From: an uncultured Mollicutes bacterium
GTDB lineage: Bacteria; Bacillota_I; Bacilli_A; RFN20; CAG-826
Assembly (NCBI GenBank): GCA_900540395.1
Contig: UQFQ01000005.1
Coordinates: 956 to 64,955, forward strand
Direction of reading: 5' to 3'
Length of the DNA: 64,000 bases
Shown here: piece by piece, positions 27,192 to 37,901 of the stretch
Layout of the letters: every line of letters starts with the position of its first letter
How positions within the stretch are numbered: the first letter of the stretch is position 1
Notes under the pieces: generated by a model
What the model was told of the DNA's origin: nothing
What the model saw: only the letters and a program-made list of their open reading frames with translations
Database searches by the model: none
Program-made: the position numbers and the translations under genes

Positions 27192-27557
27192 TATAGTTTG
27201 GTTCTCCTTTAAAATTATTATATTATGCGTGGGAAAAATTAACATCAAAAATCGATAGTTTAGATGAAAATTTTCAGCCTTGATTTTTATTTAATTTAAG
27301 GTATATAAGAAGAGAATTATTACTTATAAAAATTACAAGTATAGGTGTTTTATGAATCTCAAATTTTGTTGTATCTATATTGTTAAGTGCAAGAGCAATT
27401 TATAAAAACAAATTTATCTTAACTTTCGTTTTGCCTTTTAAAATGTAACTTTTCGTAAGAAATCATAATAAATTTAATATCATATAAAAGCAAAATTAAG
27501 ACAAATTTACGAATAAAAGTTAAATTCGTAAGCAAATTTTGAATAAAATTTAATTTT

Positions 27558-27585
27558 TTGACTTATTTATCGTGATTTTTAGAAT
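27558..27585 (+). promoter_or_regulatory. Candidate promoter P1 in the 27.25-27.81 kb spacer
   Basis: TTGACT (27558-27563), 16 nt spacer, TAGAAT (27580-27585). Confidence 0.4.
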
Positions 27586-27634
27586 GTGCCTTACGTTTAA
27601 TTTAAAAATTCGTAAAAATTTTTCATTTTAAATG

Positions 27635-27662
27635 TTGACAGAAAAATATCCCCATGATATAA
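27635..27662 (+). promoter_or_regulatory. Candidate promoter P2 (extended -10)
   Basis: TTGACA (27635-27640), 16 nt spacer, TGATATAAA (27654-27662). Confidence 0.55.
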
Positions 27663-27667
27663 ATTAA

Positions 27668-27811
27668 TCAGAGGAAGATATTAGGAACACTTAATATCTA
27701 ACTGAACTAGAAGAGACTCATCCCCAATTTATCAAAGAATTTGTGAAATTAAAGAAGAATTAGTTTGATTAAGAGAATATAATAATAAAAAATGGGTCTC
27801 TTCTTTTATTT
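27668..27811 (+). ncRNA. Structured leader or small RNA ending in a terminator-like hairpin (class unknown)
   Basis: 8-bp hairpin AGATATTA/TAATATCT (27676-27699). A 13-bp long-range stem AGAAGAGACTCAT (27709-21)/ATGGGTCTCTTCT (27792-804) is followed by TTTTATTTGT, running straight into ATG 27814. Confidence 0.35.
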
Positions 27812-27813
27812 GT

Positions 27814-28266
27814 ATGAGTATTTCAAAAACTAGATTAACTAAAATAATAAGCACTTTAAAAAAACGGAATAAAAAAGTTTGTACAATTCATGAACTTTCT
27901 CTTTCAGTCGGAATAAAAGAAGATGCTTTGAAAGAATTTTTCTTTTCTTTTAATCCTTTAATATATTTTGAAGAAAATTTTAACTTGCTTGATCTACTTG
28001 ATGATTTAATAGAAGAAGAAAAAGCAATTGAAGAAAAGGAAAGAAGTAAAGGCGTTAAAACTAAAAGGAAATATATAAGGCAAAAAGATTTAGCCCCATA
28101 TAAAGATTTAATTGATTATATTTATCAAACTTGTACTGTTGATGGCGGAATCTTAGATACAGGATATGTCTTAAATAAAAAAGACGTGAAGATAATTTCA
28201 AAGCTATTAAAAGAAGAAAAACAACGTATTAAAATAAGGCTGAGTGAAGCCTTATTTTTAATATAG
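27814..28266 (+). CDS. Hypothetical protein, 150 aa, possible N-terminal winged-helix
   Basis: Long ORF in AT-rich DNA, so probably real. No SD is present, because the terminator-like U-tract abuts the ATG. No family recognised. Confidence 0.5.
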   Translation: MSISKTRLTKIISTLKKRNKKVCTIHELSLSVGIKEDALKEFFFSFNPLIYFEENFNLLDLLDDLIEEEKAIEEKERSKGVKTKRKYIRQKDLAPYKDLIDYIYQTCTVDGGILDTGYVLNKKDVKIISKLLKEEKQRIKIRLSEALFLI

Positions 28267-28302
28267 TTAGAGAAGATATTTTTAATATAGTTAGAGAATA
28301 TA
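28255..28302 (+). repeat. Tandem duplication, 24-bp period (TTTTTAATATAGTTAGAGAA x2)
   Basis: Identical 20-mers at 28255-28274 and 28279-28298. The first copy contains the TAG stop of the 150-aa ORF. The array ends 7 bp before the queT -35. Confidence 0.85.
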
Positions 28303-28348
28303 TTTAATTTGTTTTACTACGTAAAAATATATATAATTTTATTCGACT

Positions 28349-28396
28349 CGTGTGTCTAACCCATGACTAACCACACGTAAAATTTAACAGGGGAGG
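28349..28396 (+). promoter_or_regulatory. Candidate preQ1-type H-pseudoknot riboswitch in the queT leader
   Basis: P1 CGUGUG/CACACG. A 17-nt loop containing CCC. An A/U-rich tail UAAAAUUUAACA, then GGGG of the SD (AGGGGAGG), which can pair with the loop CCC. The downstream gene is queT. Confidence 0.35.
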
Positions 28397-28404
28397 TTTT
28401 CTTG

Positions 28405-30130
<1,726 letters not shown>

Positions 30131-30146
30131 GTAGAAGGAAGAGTTT

Positions 30147-31172
30147 ATGGATATTAATTTATTTGATTATTATTTACCAGAAGAACTTATTGCTCAAGAG
30201 CCAAGTGCTATAAGAGATGAATGTCGTTTGATGGTGGTAAATAAGGAAAAGAAAACTTACGAAGACAAAATATTTAAAGATATTTATGATTATTTAAATG
30301 CTGGCGATGTTTTAGTTAGAAACAATACTAAAGTAATTCCAGCTCGACTTTTTGCAACTAAAGATAAAACTGGAGCTCATGTGGAAGTGTTGCTTTTAAA
30401 AGATTTAGGTAGTGATACTTGGGAATGTCTATGTGGAAATGCTAAAGCAATTAAAGTAGGCACCATTCTTCATTTTAAAGACGATGAATTAATTGGTGAA
30501 TGCCTCGAAGTTAAAGATGAAGGAATTCGACTAATTAAATTTAAATACCAAGGAATCTTTTTAGAAGTTTTGGATAGAATTGGAACAATGCCTCTTCCTC
30601 CTTATATTCATAAAGCGTGTAAAAATAATGATGATTATCAAACAGTTTACGCTAAAGTCGAAGGAAGTGCAGCCGCTCCAACAGCTGGATTTCATTTTAC
30701 AAATGAACTACTTGAAAAACTTCAAAAGAAAGGCGTTGAAATTGTTGATGTTACTCTAAACATTGGATTAGGCACTTTTAGACCAGTAAAAGTTCAAGAT
30801 ACCAAAGACCATGTTATGCATTCAGAAACCTATGAAGTTAGTGAAGAAGCAGCTAAAAGATTAAACCTTGCTAAAAAAGAAGGAAGAAGAATTATTGCAG
30901 TTGGAACAACTGCAGTTAGAACATTAGAAGCTAATATTAATAAATTTGGTGAATTTAAGGCTGAAAGTAGTGCAACAAGTATCTTTATTTCTCCAGGCTA
31001 TGAATATAAAGCTATTGATTGTTTAATTACAAACTTCCATTTGCCAAAATCAACTTTAGTTATGCTTGTTAGTGCTTTCATGGGGCGTGAGTTTACGCTT
31101 GAATGTTATAAACATGCCGTGGAAGAAAAATACCGTTTCTTCTCCTTTGGTGATTCAATGTTTATCTATTAA
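30147..31172 (+). CDS. queA: S-adenosylmethionine:tRNA ribosyltransferase-isomerase
   Basis: 341 aa. FDYYLPEELIAQEP, PLPPYI, AAPTAGFHFT, VGTT. Confidence 0.95.
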   Translation: MDINLFDYYLPEELIAQEPSAIRDECRLMVVNKEKKTYEDKIFKDIYDYLNAGDVLVRNNTKVIPARLFATKDKTGAHVEVLLLKDLGSDTWECLCGNAKAIKVGTILHFKDDELIGECLEVKDEGIRLIKFKYQGIFLEVLDRIGTMPLPPYIHKACKNNDDYQTVYAKVEGSAAAPTAGFHFTNELLEKLQKKGVEIVDVTLNIGLGTFRPVKVQDTKDHVMHSETYEVSEEAAKRLNLAKKEGRRIIAVGTTAVRTLEANINKFGEFKAESSATSIFISPGYEYKAIDCLITNFHLPKSTLVMLVSAFMGREFTLECYKHAVEEKYRFFSFGDSMFIY

Positions 31173-31191
31173 AGTTTTTAAAGTTAACGAA

Positions 31192-32475
31192 TTATTTATT
31201 TTTAGGTTTGCGTTTGCCTTTGTGTTCAATGGCAACCCAAACCTTTCTTTTTTTAGGATGAATAAATCCATCAATCCAAGCAAAAAGCCAATCAGCCCAG
31301 AAAATAAAGCCAAAAACTACGCATTTGATTTTTAAACGACGACTTACTCTAAAATGTGAACCGCTAAATATTAATTCAACTAAATTTGCAAGATCACAAA
31401 TCAAAAACATTAAAAGAAGATCAACAATTACAAACAAACCATAAAGCCCTAAATATGCTCCATCTAGTCTAATTCCGAAATAGATCATAAAAGCAAATAA
31501 GGTTAACATATGGAACAAAACAGCCCATTCACTTGATTGGAATAAGGTGAGTGAACTAAACAATTCATAACGGCCAAATTTGTTTGTTTTACGATATTTT
31601 GGGTTTTTCTTAATGGCAAGGTCAATAATACCTTTATTCATAAAACCCCATACCCAGCGAACATGCTGATTATGCAAAGTTTTTAAATCAGTTGGTTGCT
31701 CATCATAATATATAGCAGTAGGGTTATAACCCATTTTAATTCCATTAATATAAGCATAGCGGGTTAAGTCAACATCTTCAGTTAAGCCAGTCCAAACCCA
31801 ACCTCCAGCATCTTCAATAATCTTTTTATCAATGAAATAACCTGTTCCAGAAATCACAACTTTATCAAATAAAATAGAACGAGCTTTGTTAACAAAACGA
31901 GATTGATAGCAAAAGAGCAAGGCACTTGAGGCAGAAATATAATTCGTATCTGCATTGGTTGATTCTCTTAAACCAACACCAATTTCATATCCAGATGCTT
32001 TTAAATCATTTAATTTACTTATGTAATCTTTTGACAAAATATTATCAGCATCAAAAATTATTAAAGAGTCAAAATCAACCTTATTGGCCTGTAAATGATT
32101 ATAAGCTTCTTCTAAAGCAAAACCTTTTCTACGTCTATTTTCAAGTTGTGTCCTGACAAAATATTTATAGCCAAATTCTAAAGCTATTTTATTAGTAGGA
32201 TCATCCTCACTTTCGGTAATGACGTATACATCAAATTTGTCTTTTGGATAATCTTGCTCACTTAGCGACTTTAAAATATTTCTAATTACTTTAGATTCGT
32301 TTCTAGCAGGAATTAAAACAATATATTTATAAAAAATATTGGCTTTTTGAAAAGTTTTTTCTTTTTTATAATAAACATATATAAATTTAATATAATAAGA
32401 ATTAAGTAAAACAATTAATAAAATAACCCCTAGAAGAGCTAAATAAGTGTAACCAAGAATTTCTAAGTAATTCAT
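31192..32475 (-). CDS. Membrane-embedded family-2 glycosyltransferase, processive-synthase-like
   Basis: 427 aa. N- and C-terminal TM segments. IPARNE, the DAD (DXD) motif, the TED motif and Q-HV-RW (QxxRW). Confidence 0.8.
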   Translation of the reverse strand: MNYLEILGYTYLALLGVILLIVLLNSYYIKFIYVYYKKEKTFQKANIFYKYIVLIPARNESKVIRNILKSLSEQDYPKDKFDVYVITESEDDPTNKIALEFGYKYFVRTQLENRRRKGFALEEAYNHLQANKVDFDSLIIFDADNILSKDYISKLNDLKASGYEIGVGLRESTNADTNYISASSALLFCYQSRFVNKARSILFDKVVISGTGYFIDKKIIEDAGGWVWTGLTEDVDLTRYAYINGIKMGYNPTAIYYDEQPTDLKTLHNQHVRWVWGFMNKGIIDLAIKKNPKYRKTNKFGRYELFSSLTLFQSSEWAVLFHMLTLFAFMIYFGIRLDGAYLGLYGLFVIVDLLLMFLICDLANLVELIFSGSHFRVSRRLKIKCVVFGFIFWADWLFAWIDGFIHPKKRKVWVAIEHKGKRKPKNK

Positions 32476-32564
32476 GGTATTATTCTATACAATAATTTTT
32501 TAATTTTAAATAATATTAGTAATCAATATTTGATATAATTTGATACAAGGTATATTAAATTGTT

Positions 32565-33548
32565 ATGGCAAATTCACTAGAAGAAAATAGCATCAAGATT
32601 TCAGTATGTGTTGCGATACATGGAGTTGATAAATATCTAGGTAAATGTTTAAAAAGTCTTCTAAATCAATCTAATTTTAATGATTATGAAGTCTTATTAC
32701 TTCTTGATGATCCTTTAGAAGGCGACGAAATAATCGCTCAAAAATATGCTAATTTAGATAATCGCTTTAAGATCTATTATCTTAATTTTAAAGACCAAGG
32801 ATTAGTTAGAAATTATGGATGCAAAGTTGCTAAAGGAGAATATATTTATTTTGTTGATGGGGATGATTATCTTGAAAGAAATTGCTTAGCAAATTTTTAT
32901 AGTGCAATTCAAAAAGAAAAGCCTGATATAGTAATTTCTAATTATTATCTTGAAAAGAAAAATAAAAAGAAAAAAGCATTTATTCATTTAAAAGATAATT
33001 GTGATTATAAAACAAATATAAAATGGGCAAAAGCCATAGCTAGTGATATTAAAATAAGAGGATATGTTTGGAATAAAATTTATCGTAGAGATTTTTTAAT
33101 TGAACATAATATTAATTCACCTGAGGCACATTATTTTGTTGAAGATATAGCTTTTAATTTTATTGCTTTTTTTAAAGCTAAAAAAATTATGGTAACATCT
33201 AAATATAACTATGTTTATGTTTTTAGAGAAAACTCATCATTACATTTTGATCCATTTATTTTTATTAGAAAATATCTTAATTCTTTAGCCATTTTAAGAT
33301 ATTATTCACTTAACAATAATATTAAAAACTCCACAAATTTTAACTATTTTTATAAAAAAGTTATGTTAATTATTTATGGCATACAAAATTTAAAATGCTT
33401 ACAAATGTCTCTATTTAAATATATGAAGTTAATTAATAGCGAGATTAATAAAATTAAAAAGTGTGACTTATCAACTTATTTAAATAACGAAAAATTTTTA
33501 GATACATACTATTTTCTTACCAAGGGGGAGAAGAGTGGAACAAAATAA
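32565..33548 (+). CDS. Family-2 glycosyltransferase (soluble type)
   Basis: 327 aa. ISVCVAIHG...YL..CL.SLLNQ start and DGDD. Confidence 0.8.
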   Translation: MANSLEENSIKISVCVAIHGVDKYLGKCLKSLLNQSNFNDYEVLLLLDDPLEGDEIIAQKYANLDNRFKIYYLNFKDQGLVRNYGCKVAKGEYIYFVDGDDYLERNCLANFYSAIQKEKPDIVISNYYLEKKNKKKKAFIHLKDNCDYKTNIKWAKAIASDIKIRGYVWNKIYRRDFLIEHNINSPEAHYFVEDIAFNFIAFFKAKKIMVTSKYNYVYVFRENSSLHFDPFIFIRKYLNSLAILRYYSLNNNIKNSTNFNYFYKKVMLIIYGIQNLKCLQMSLFKYMKLINSEINKIKKCDLSTYLNNEKFLDTYYFLTKGEKSGTK

Positions 33549-34701
33549 AATTTATTGGTTTTTAGAACAATTAGAATTTCTAGGCGGAACTGAAACTGCA
33601 ACTATTTCTATTGCAAATAAACTTTCTAATTTTTATGACATAACTTTAGTTGTATGTGGTAAAAAAGTTAATTCCATCCCTTATTTTATTGACCCTAAAA
33701 TTAAAATAATTTTCTTAAATAATGATTATGTAACTAAGATTGATGAAAAAGTATTAAAAAAGTGGCATGAGAAAAAATATTTCCAAGTTATAATGATTTT
33801 TTTACGCCTATTATATTTTTGTTTATTTGGCAAGTATAAATTTAGAAGGAAAGTTTTAAAAAGGACTGGTCAAAATGATATTTTAATTGCTAGCAGCGAT
33901 GATAATTATGCTATTATGCCAAAAAGAAGACATGTTATTTTTCATTATCATTATAATGCTGAGCATTATTATTCATTTAGCGAACGCTTGATATCACTTT
34001 TTTACCATAAACCTGAATATTATGTTTTTTTAAGTAAAAATATTCGCGATGCTATTGCACGCAATAAAAAGGAAATACTTAATAAGTCAACATATATTGA
34101 AAATATGATTAAACTTAAACCAGTATTAAGAACAGAATATTTTAATAATAACTTTATATTTTTAGGTCGCTATGCCGATCAAAAGAATCCATTGTTTTTA
34201 ATTAAAGTAGCTAAAATTTTAAAAGAGAAAGGTTTAGATTTTAAAATCAATTTTTATGGATCAGGGAAGCTTAAAGAGTTGATGCTTGAAAAGATAGATG
34301 AATACGAATTAACTCAGAATGTATTTATAAATTTTGAAGCAAAAGATGTTAGTGAGGCTTTTAAGGATAAAGATTTATTGTTAATGTCTAGCAAGTTTGA
34401 AGGAATGCCTTTAGTTATTAATGAAGCTAATTCTCAAAGTGTTCCAGCTTTTACGACTTATTTTGGTAAGAATACCTTTGACGCAGTCCCAGATAAAGCA
34501 GGGGTAATTATCAATTCTTCAGATCCTAATGATTACGCTGAAGAAATTATTAAGTTAGTTTCGGACAGGAGTAGACTTTTAAAATATAAAGAAGAAGCCT
34601 ATAAAAATTCTTTAAAATATTCTGAAGAAGTTATCTTGAATAAATGGTTAAATTTCTTGAAGCAATTTCAAGAAAATAATAAAACTAAATATGAATTATA
34701 A
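33535..34701 (+). CDS. Family-4 (GT-B, group 1) glycosyltransferase
   Basis: 388 aa. GTG start after AGGGGGAG. EX7E motif (FEGMPLVINEA). Confidence 0.8.
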   Translation: MEQNKIYWFLEQLEFLGGTETATISIANKLSNFYDITLVVCGKKVNSIPYFIDPKIKIIFLNNDYVTKIDEKVLKKWHEKKYFQVIMIFLRLLYFCLFGKYKFRRKVLKRTGQNDILIASSDDNYAIMPKRRHVIFHYHYNAEHYYSFSERLISLFYHKPEYYVFLSKNIRDAIARNKKEILNKSTYIENMIKLKPVLRTEYFNNNFIFLGRYADQKNPLFLIKVAKILKEKGLDFKINFYGSGKLKELMLEKIDEYELTQNVFINFEAKDVSEAFKDKDLLLMSSKFEGMPLVINEANSQSVPAFTTYFGKNTFDAVPDKAGVIINSSDPNDYAEEIIKLVSDRSRLLKYKEEAYKNSLKYSEEVILNKWLNFLKQFQENNKTKYEL

Positions 34702-35296
34702 CGATTTATTTTTGCAAGAATATCGAGAAATTAGGAAAAAGGAACATAATCCAAAAATTTTAGTTCATGCTTGCTGTGGCGCTTGTTCAATTTATCCTCT
34801 TATTTTTCTTACCTATTTATTTGACGTTACTATTTTATATACAAACTCTAACATTTATCCTAAAGAAGAATTTGATAAGCGATTATTAGCTTTAAAAAAA
34901 CATATTAAATTTGTTAATGAAACTTTTAAAGTTAATATCAAACTAATTGTCGACAGTTATGAATATGATGATTTTAGAAATAATCTAATTCCTTTTAAAG
35001 ATGAAAAAGAAGGCGGGCGTCGTTGTAAAATTTGTATTTATAAACGTATGAAACGACTTTTTAGATACGCAAAAGATTTTAACTTTAAATATGTATCTAC
35101 AATAATGAGTATATCTCGAAATAAAGATGTAAATTATATTTCTCAAGTTTGTGAAAGACTAGAAAATGAAGAGATAAAATTTATTCACTTTGATTTTAAA
35201 AAGAACAATGGGCAAGATATCGGAGTTGAAATTGGAAAAGAAGAAGATATTTACCGCCAAGATTATTGTGGATGCGAGTTCTCTAAACCAATCTAA
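34691..35296 (+). CDS. queH: Epoxyqueuosine reductase QueH (DUF208)
   Basis: 201 aa. HACCGACS near the N-terminus, CKICIYKRM, and the C-terminal RQDYCGCEFS. Confidence 0.8.
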   Translation: MNYNDLFLQEYREIRKKEHNPKILVHACCGACSIYPLIFLTYLFDVTILYTNSNIYPKEEFDKRLLALKKHIKFVNETFKVNIKLIVDSYEYDDFRNNLIPFKDEKEGGRRCKICIYKRMKRLFRYAKDFNFKYVSTIMSISRNKDVNYISQVCERLENEEIKFIHFDFKKNNGQDIGVEIGKEEDIYRQDYCGCEFSKPI

Positions 35297-35686
35297 AAAT
35301 AATACTTCTATATTTGAAAACCATGCAAATATTAACTAAATTTTTAAAAATTGTGCTAAAAGCGATCTTATAAAAGGCTCTAAAAGATAAGCTACTTTAA
35401 ATATTGATGCACTTGATTCTTAAGCTTTATAGGAAGGAAGCTAAGACACTTAATATTTTAAAGAAAAATACAAATAGAAAAGGCAGTTAATTTTTCAAAT
35501 TTACTTGCTCAAAAATTGAATTTTTAAATAATTGATGTAGTGCTTTTTAATATCAGTTTAAGTATTTTGCTACTTGTTAACTTGGCTAAGAAACTTGAGT
35601 TTATTTTTGTCTTTCACGCTGTTTACTATAAATATATATAAGGATAATAGTAAAAATTTTATTTTCTACAAATTATAAATTTGCTA

Positions 35687-35716
35687 TTGACTTGAAATAT
35701 CGCTTTATAGTATTAT
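35687..35716 (+). promoter_or_regulatory. Candidate promoter of the S10 operon
   Basis: TTGACT (35687-35692), 18 nt spacer, TATTAT (35711-35716). Confidence 0.45.
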
Positions 35717-35720
35717 TTTA

Positions 35721-35845
35721 AGGCTTACGGAAAAGTGATGAAATGCGAGATTGCTGATACACCCATAAGCGTTGTCATGATGATGTATCAGGTAACTCGT
35801 TATTGAGCCTTCCATAAGTTATGTAGTCGAAAGGAGAATGAATTC
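35721..35845 (+). promoter_or_regulatory. Structured 5' leader of the S10 operon
   Basis: Inner hairpin CTGATACA (35754-61)/TGTATCAG (35784-91). Outer pairing AAGGCT (35721-26)/AGCCTT (35806-11). SD GAAAGGAG lies at the 3' end. Confidence 0.4.
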
Positions 35846-36157
35846 ATGGCAAAAGTTAAAAAGATTAGAGTTCGTTTACAAGCTTATGATCACAAGATTC
35901 TCGATATGAGCGTTTCTAAGATTGTAAATGCAATTACTAAGACAGGCGCAACAGTAGTCGGACCAATTCCACTACCAACAGAAAAACAAGTTTACACAAT
36001 CTTAAGAGCTGTTCATAAGGACAAAGATTCACGTGAACAATTCGAGATTAGAACTCACAAGAGAATTATCGATATTCTCAATCCAAACAGCGATACAATC
36101 GATGCATTAAGAAGATTAGATCTTCCAAGTGGTGTTGATATCGATATCAAATTATAA
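35846..36157 (+). CDS. rpsJ: 30S ribosomal protein S10
   Basis: 103 aa. [14 protein letters not shown]. First gene of the conserved cluster. Confidence 0.96.
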   Translation: MAKVKKIRVRLQAYDHKILDMSVSKIVNAITKTGATVVGPIPLPTEKQVYTILRAVHKDKDSREQFEIRTHKRIIDILNPNSDTIDALRRLDLPSGVDIDIKL

Positions 36158-36171
36158 AGGAGGTAAGGCAA

Positions 36172-36888
36172 ATGAAAGAAATCATCGGTAGAAAGATGGG
36201 TATGACTCAAGTCTACACTGAAGATGGAACAATGTATGCTGTTACCGTTATCGAAGTCTTACCTAACGTTGTTACTCAAAAGAAAACAAAAGATCATGAC
36301 GGATATGATGCAATTCAAATCGGTTATGAAGATAAGAAAGAAAAATCCTTAAATAAATGCGAAAAAGGAATTTTCAAAAAGGCTAACGTCGCTACAAAAG
36401 AATTCTTATTCGAACTTAAAGGCGATGAAATGAACGGATTTGAAGTCGGACAAGAAATTAAAGCTGACTTATTCAAAGATGGAGAAATCATTGACGTAAT
36501 CGGAACCAGCAAAGGTAGAGGTTACGCTGGTGTTATCAAAAGATGGGGATATAAGATTGGTCCTAAAGGACATGGATCTGGTTACCACAGACAACAAGGT
36601 TCATTCGCTAACAATGGTAGATGCAATAACCGTGTTATCCCAGGTAAAAAGATGTCTGGTCATATGGGAAATCAATCCGCAACAGTATTAAATCAAATTA
36701 TTGTTAAAGTTGATGCTTCCAAGAACTACATCCTTGTTAGAGGTGGTGTTCCAGGATCTAAAAAATCCATCGTTAAGATTAGAAGTGCTGTCAAACCTTC
36801 CCTTCAAAATTACAAAGTTAAACCAGTAATTGATAGAAGCGTGAAAGTTGAAGCTGCTAGTGAAGCTCCAGCACAAGAAACTAAATAA
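36172..36888 (+). CDS. rplC: 50S ribosomal protein L3 (with C-terminal extension)
   Basis: GRKMGMTQV and GTSKGRGYAGVIKRWG. 238 aa. Confidence 0.96.
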   Translation: MKEIIGRKMGMTQVYTEDGTMYAVTVIEVLPNVVTQKKTKDHDGYDAIQIGYEDKKEKSLNKCEKGIFKKANVATKEFLFELKGDEMNGFEVGQEIKADLFKDGEIIDVIGTSKGRGYAGVIKRWGYKIGPKGHGSGYHRQQGSFANNGRCNNRVIPGKKMSGHMGNQSATVLNQIIVKVDASKNYILVRGGVPGSKKSIVKIRSAVKPSLQNYKVKPVIDRSVKVEAASEAPAQETK

Positions 36889-36905
36889 ATTGAAGGGAGA
36901 TAACT

Positions 36906-37529
36906 ATGGCAGATTTAAAACTTAAAGTATATTCCCAAGATGGTAAAGCAGTTTCTACAGTAAGCGTTTCAAAAGATGTCTTCGGAATTGAACCTCATAA
37001 CCAATCAATGTTTGATGCAGTTATGACTTATCAAGCAAATTTAAGACAAGCTACTGCAAAAACAAAAAAGAGATTTGAAGTTTCCGGTGGTGGTAAAAAA
37101 CCATGGAGACAAAAAGGAACTGGTAGAGCAAGAGCTGGTTCAACACGTTCACCAATCTGGGTTGGCGGTGGTACCGTCTTTGGTCCAACTGGTGTTCAAA
37201 ACTTCAAAATTAAACAAAACAAAAAAGAACATAAACTTGCTTTAAAGAGTGCTTATAGCCAAATCGCTAAAACTGGACTTGTTATTCTTGATGAATTAAA
37301 AGTTTCTGGTAAAACAAAAGAAATGGTCGCCTTACTTAAAGCTTTCAATCTTGAAAACACAAAGACACTTATTATCTCAAGTGATCCACTCGTTCTTCAA
37401 GCTTGCCACAACTTAGCAAATGTCGCATTTAGAGTTGAAGGTAATGTTAGCGTTTATGATCTTCTTAACTTTAATAAAGTTATTACAGTTAAAGATACTG
37501 TTAAGAAAATTGAGGAGGACCTTAAATAA
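36906..37529 (+). CDS. rplD: 50S ribosomal protein L4
   Basis: GGGKKPWRQKGTGRARAGSTRSPIW. Confidence 0.96.
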   Translation: MADLKLKVYSQDGKAVSTVSVSKDVFGIEPHNQSMFDAVMTYQANLRQATAKTKKRFEVSGGGKKPWRQKGTGRARAGSTRSPIWVGGGTVFGPTGVQNFKIKQNKKEHKLALKSAYSQIAKTGLVILDELKVSGKTKEMVALLKAFNLENTKTLIISSDPLVLQACHNLANVAFRVEGNVSVYDLLNFNKVITVKDTVKKIEEDLK

Positions 37530-37873
37530 TGGCTAGAAAGAAACAAGAAGTTGCTAAAGAAGAAGTTATCGTTAAAAAGGCAACTATCAGTGATTTCGAT
37601 GTAATTATTGAACCTCTTATCACTGAAAAAAGCACAACTGAATCACAAGAAAGAAACAAAGTTACTTTCATTGTTAAAAGTGATGCTAATAAAACTCAAA
37701 TTAAAAACGCTATCCACAGAATTTATAACGTTAATGTAACAGGTGTTAACATCGTTAACGTCCCAAGCAAAAACGCTAGCCGTGGAAGTAGATATAAAGG
37801 AACAATCAGCGGATTTAAAAAAGCTGTTGTTACTATTAAAGAAGGCGAAACAATCAACCTTTTTGCTGAATAG
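37529..37873 (+). CDS. rplW: 50S ribosomal protein L23 (N-terminal extension)
   Basis: TAATG overlap with rplD. IIEPLITEKS. 114 aa. Confidence 0.95.
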   Translation: MARKKQEVAKEEVIVKKATISDFDVIIEPLITEKSTTESQERNKVTFIVKSDANKTQIKNAIHRIYNVNVTGVNIVNVPSKNASRGSRYKGTISGFKKAVVTIKEGETINLFAE

Positions 37874-37901
37874 GAAAAAAACTTACTTATAGGAGAAAAT
37901 T

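Noticed and set aside
27741-27747. Rex-operator half-site TTGTGAA in the 27.7-kb leader, next to a protein with a Rex-like N-terminal pattern
   Set aside because: Only one half-site is present, with no TTCACAA partner at N4 spacing. The protein lacks a Rossmann domain, and the similarity is too weak to support a call.
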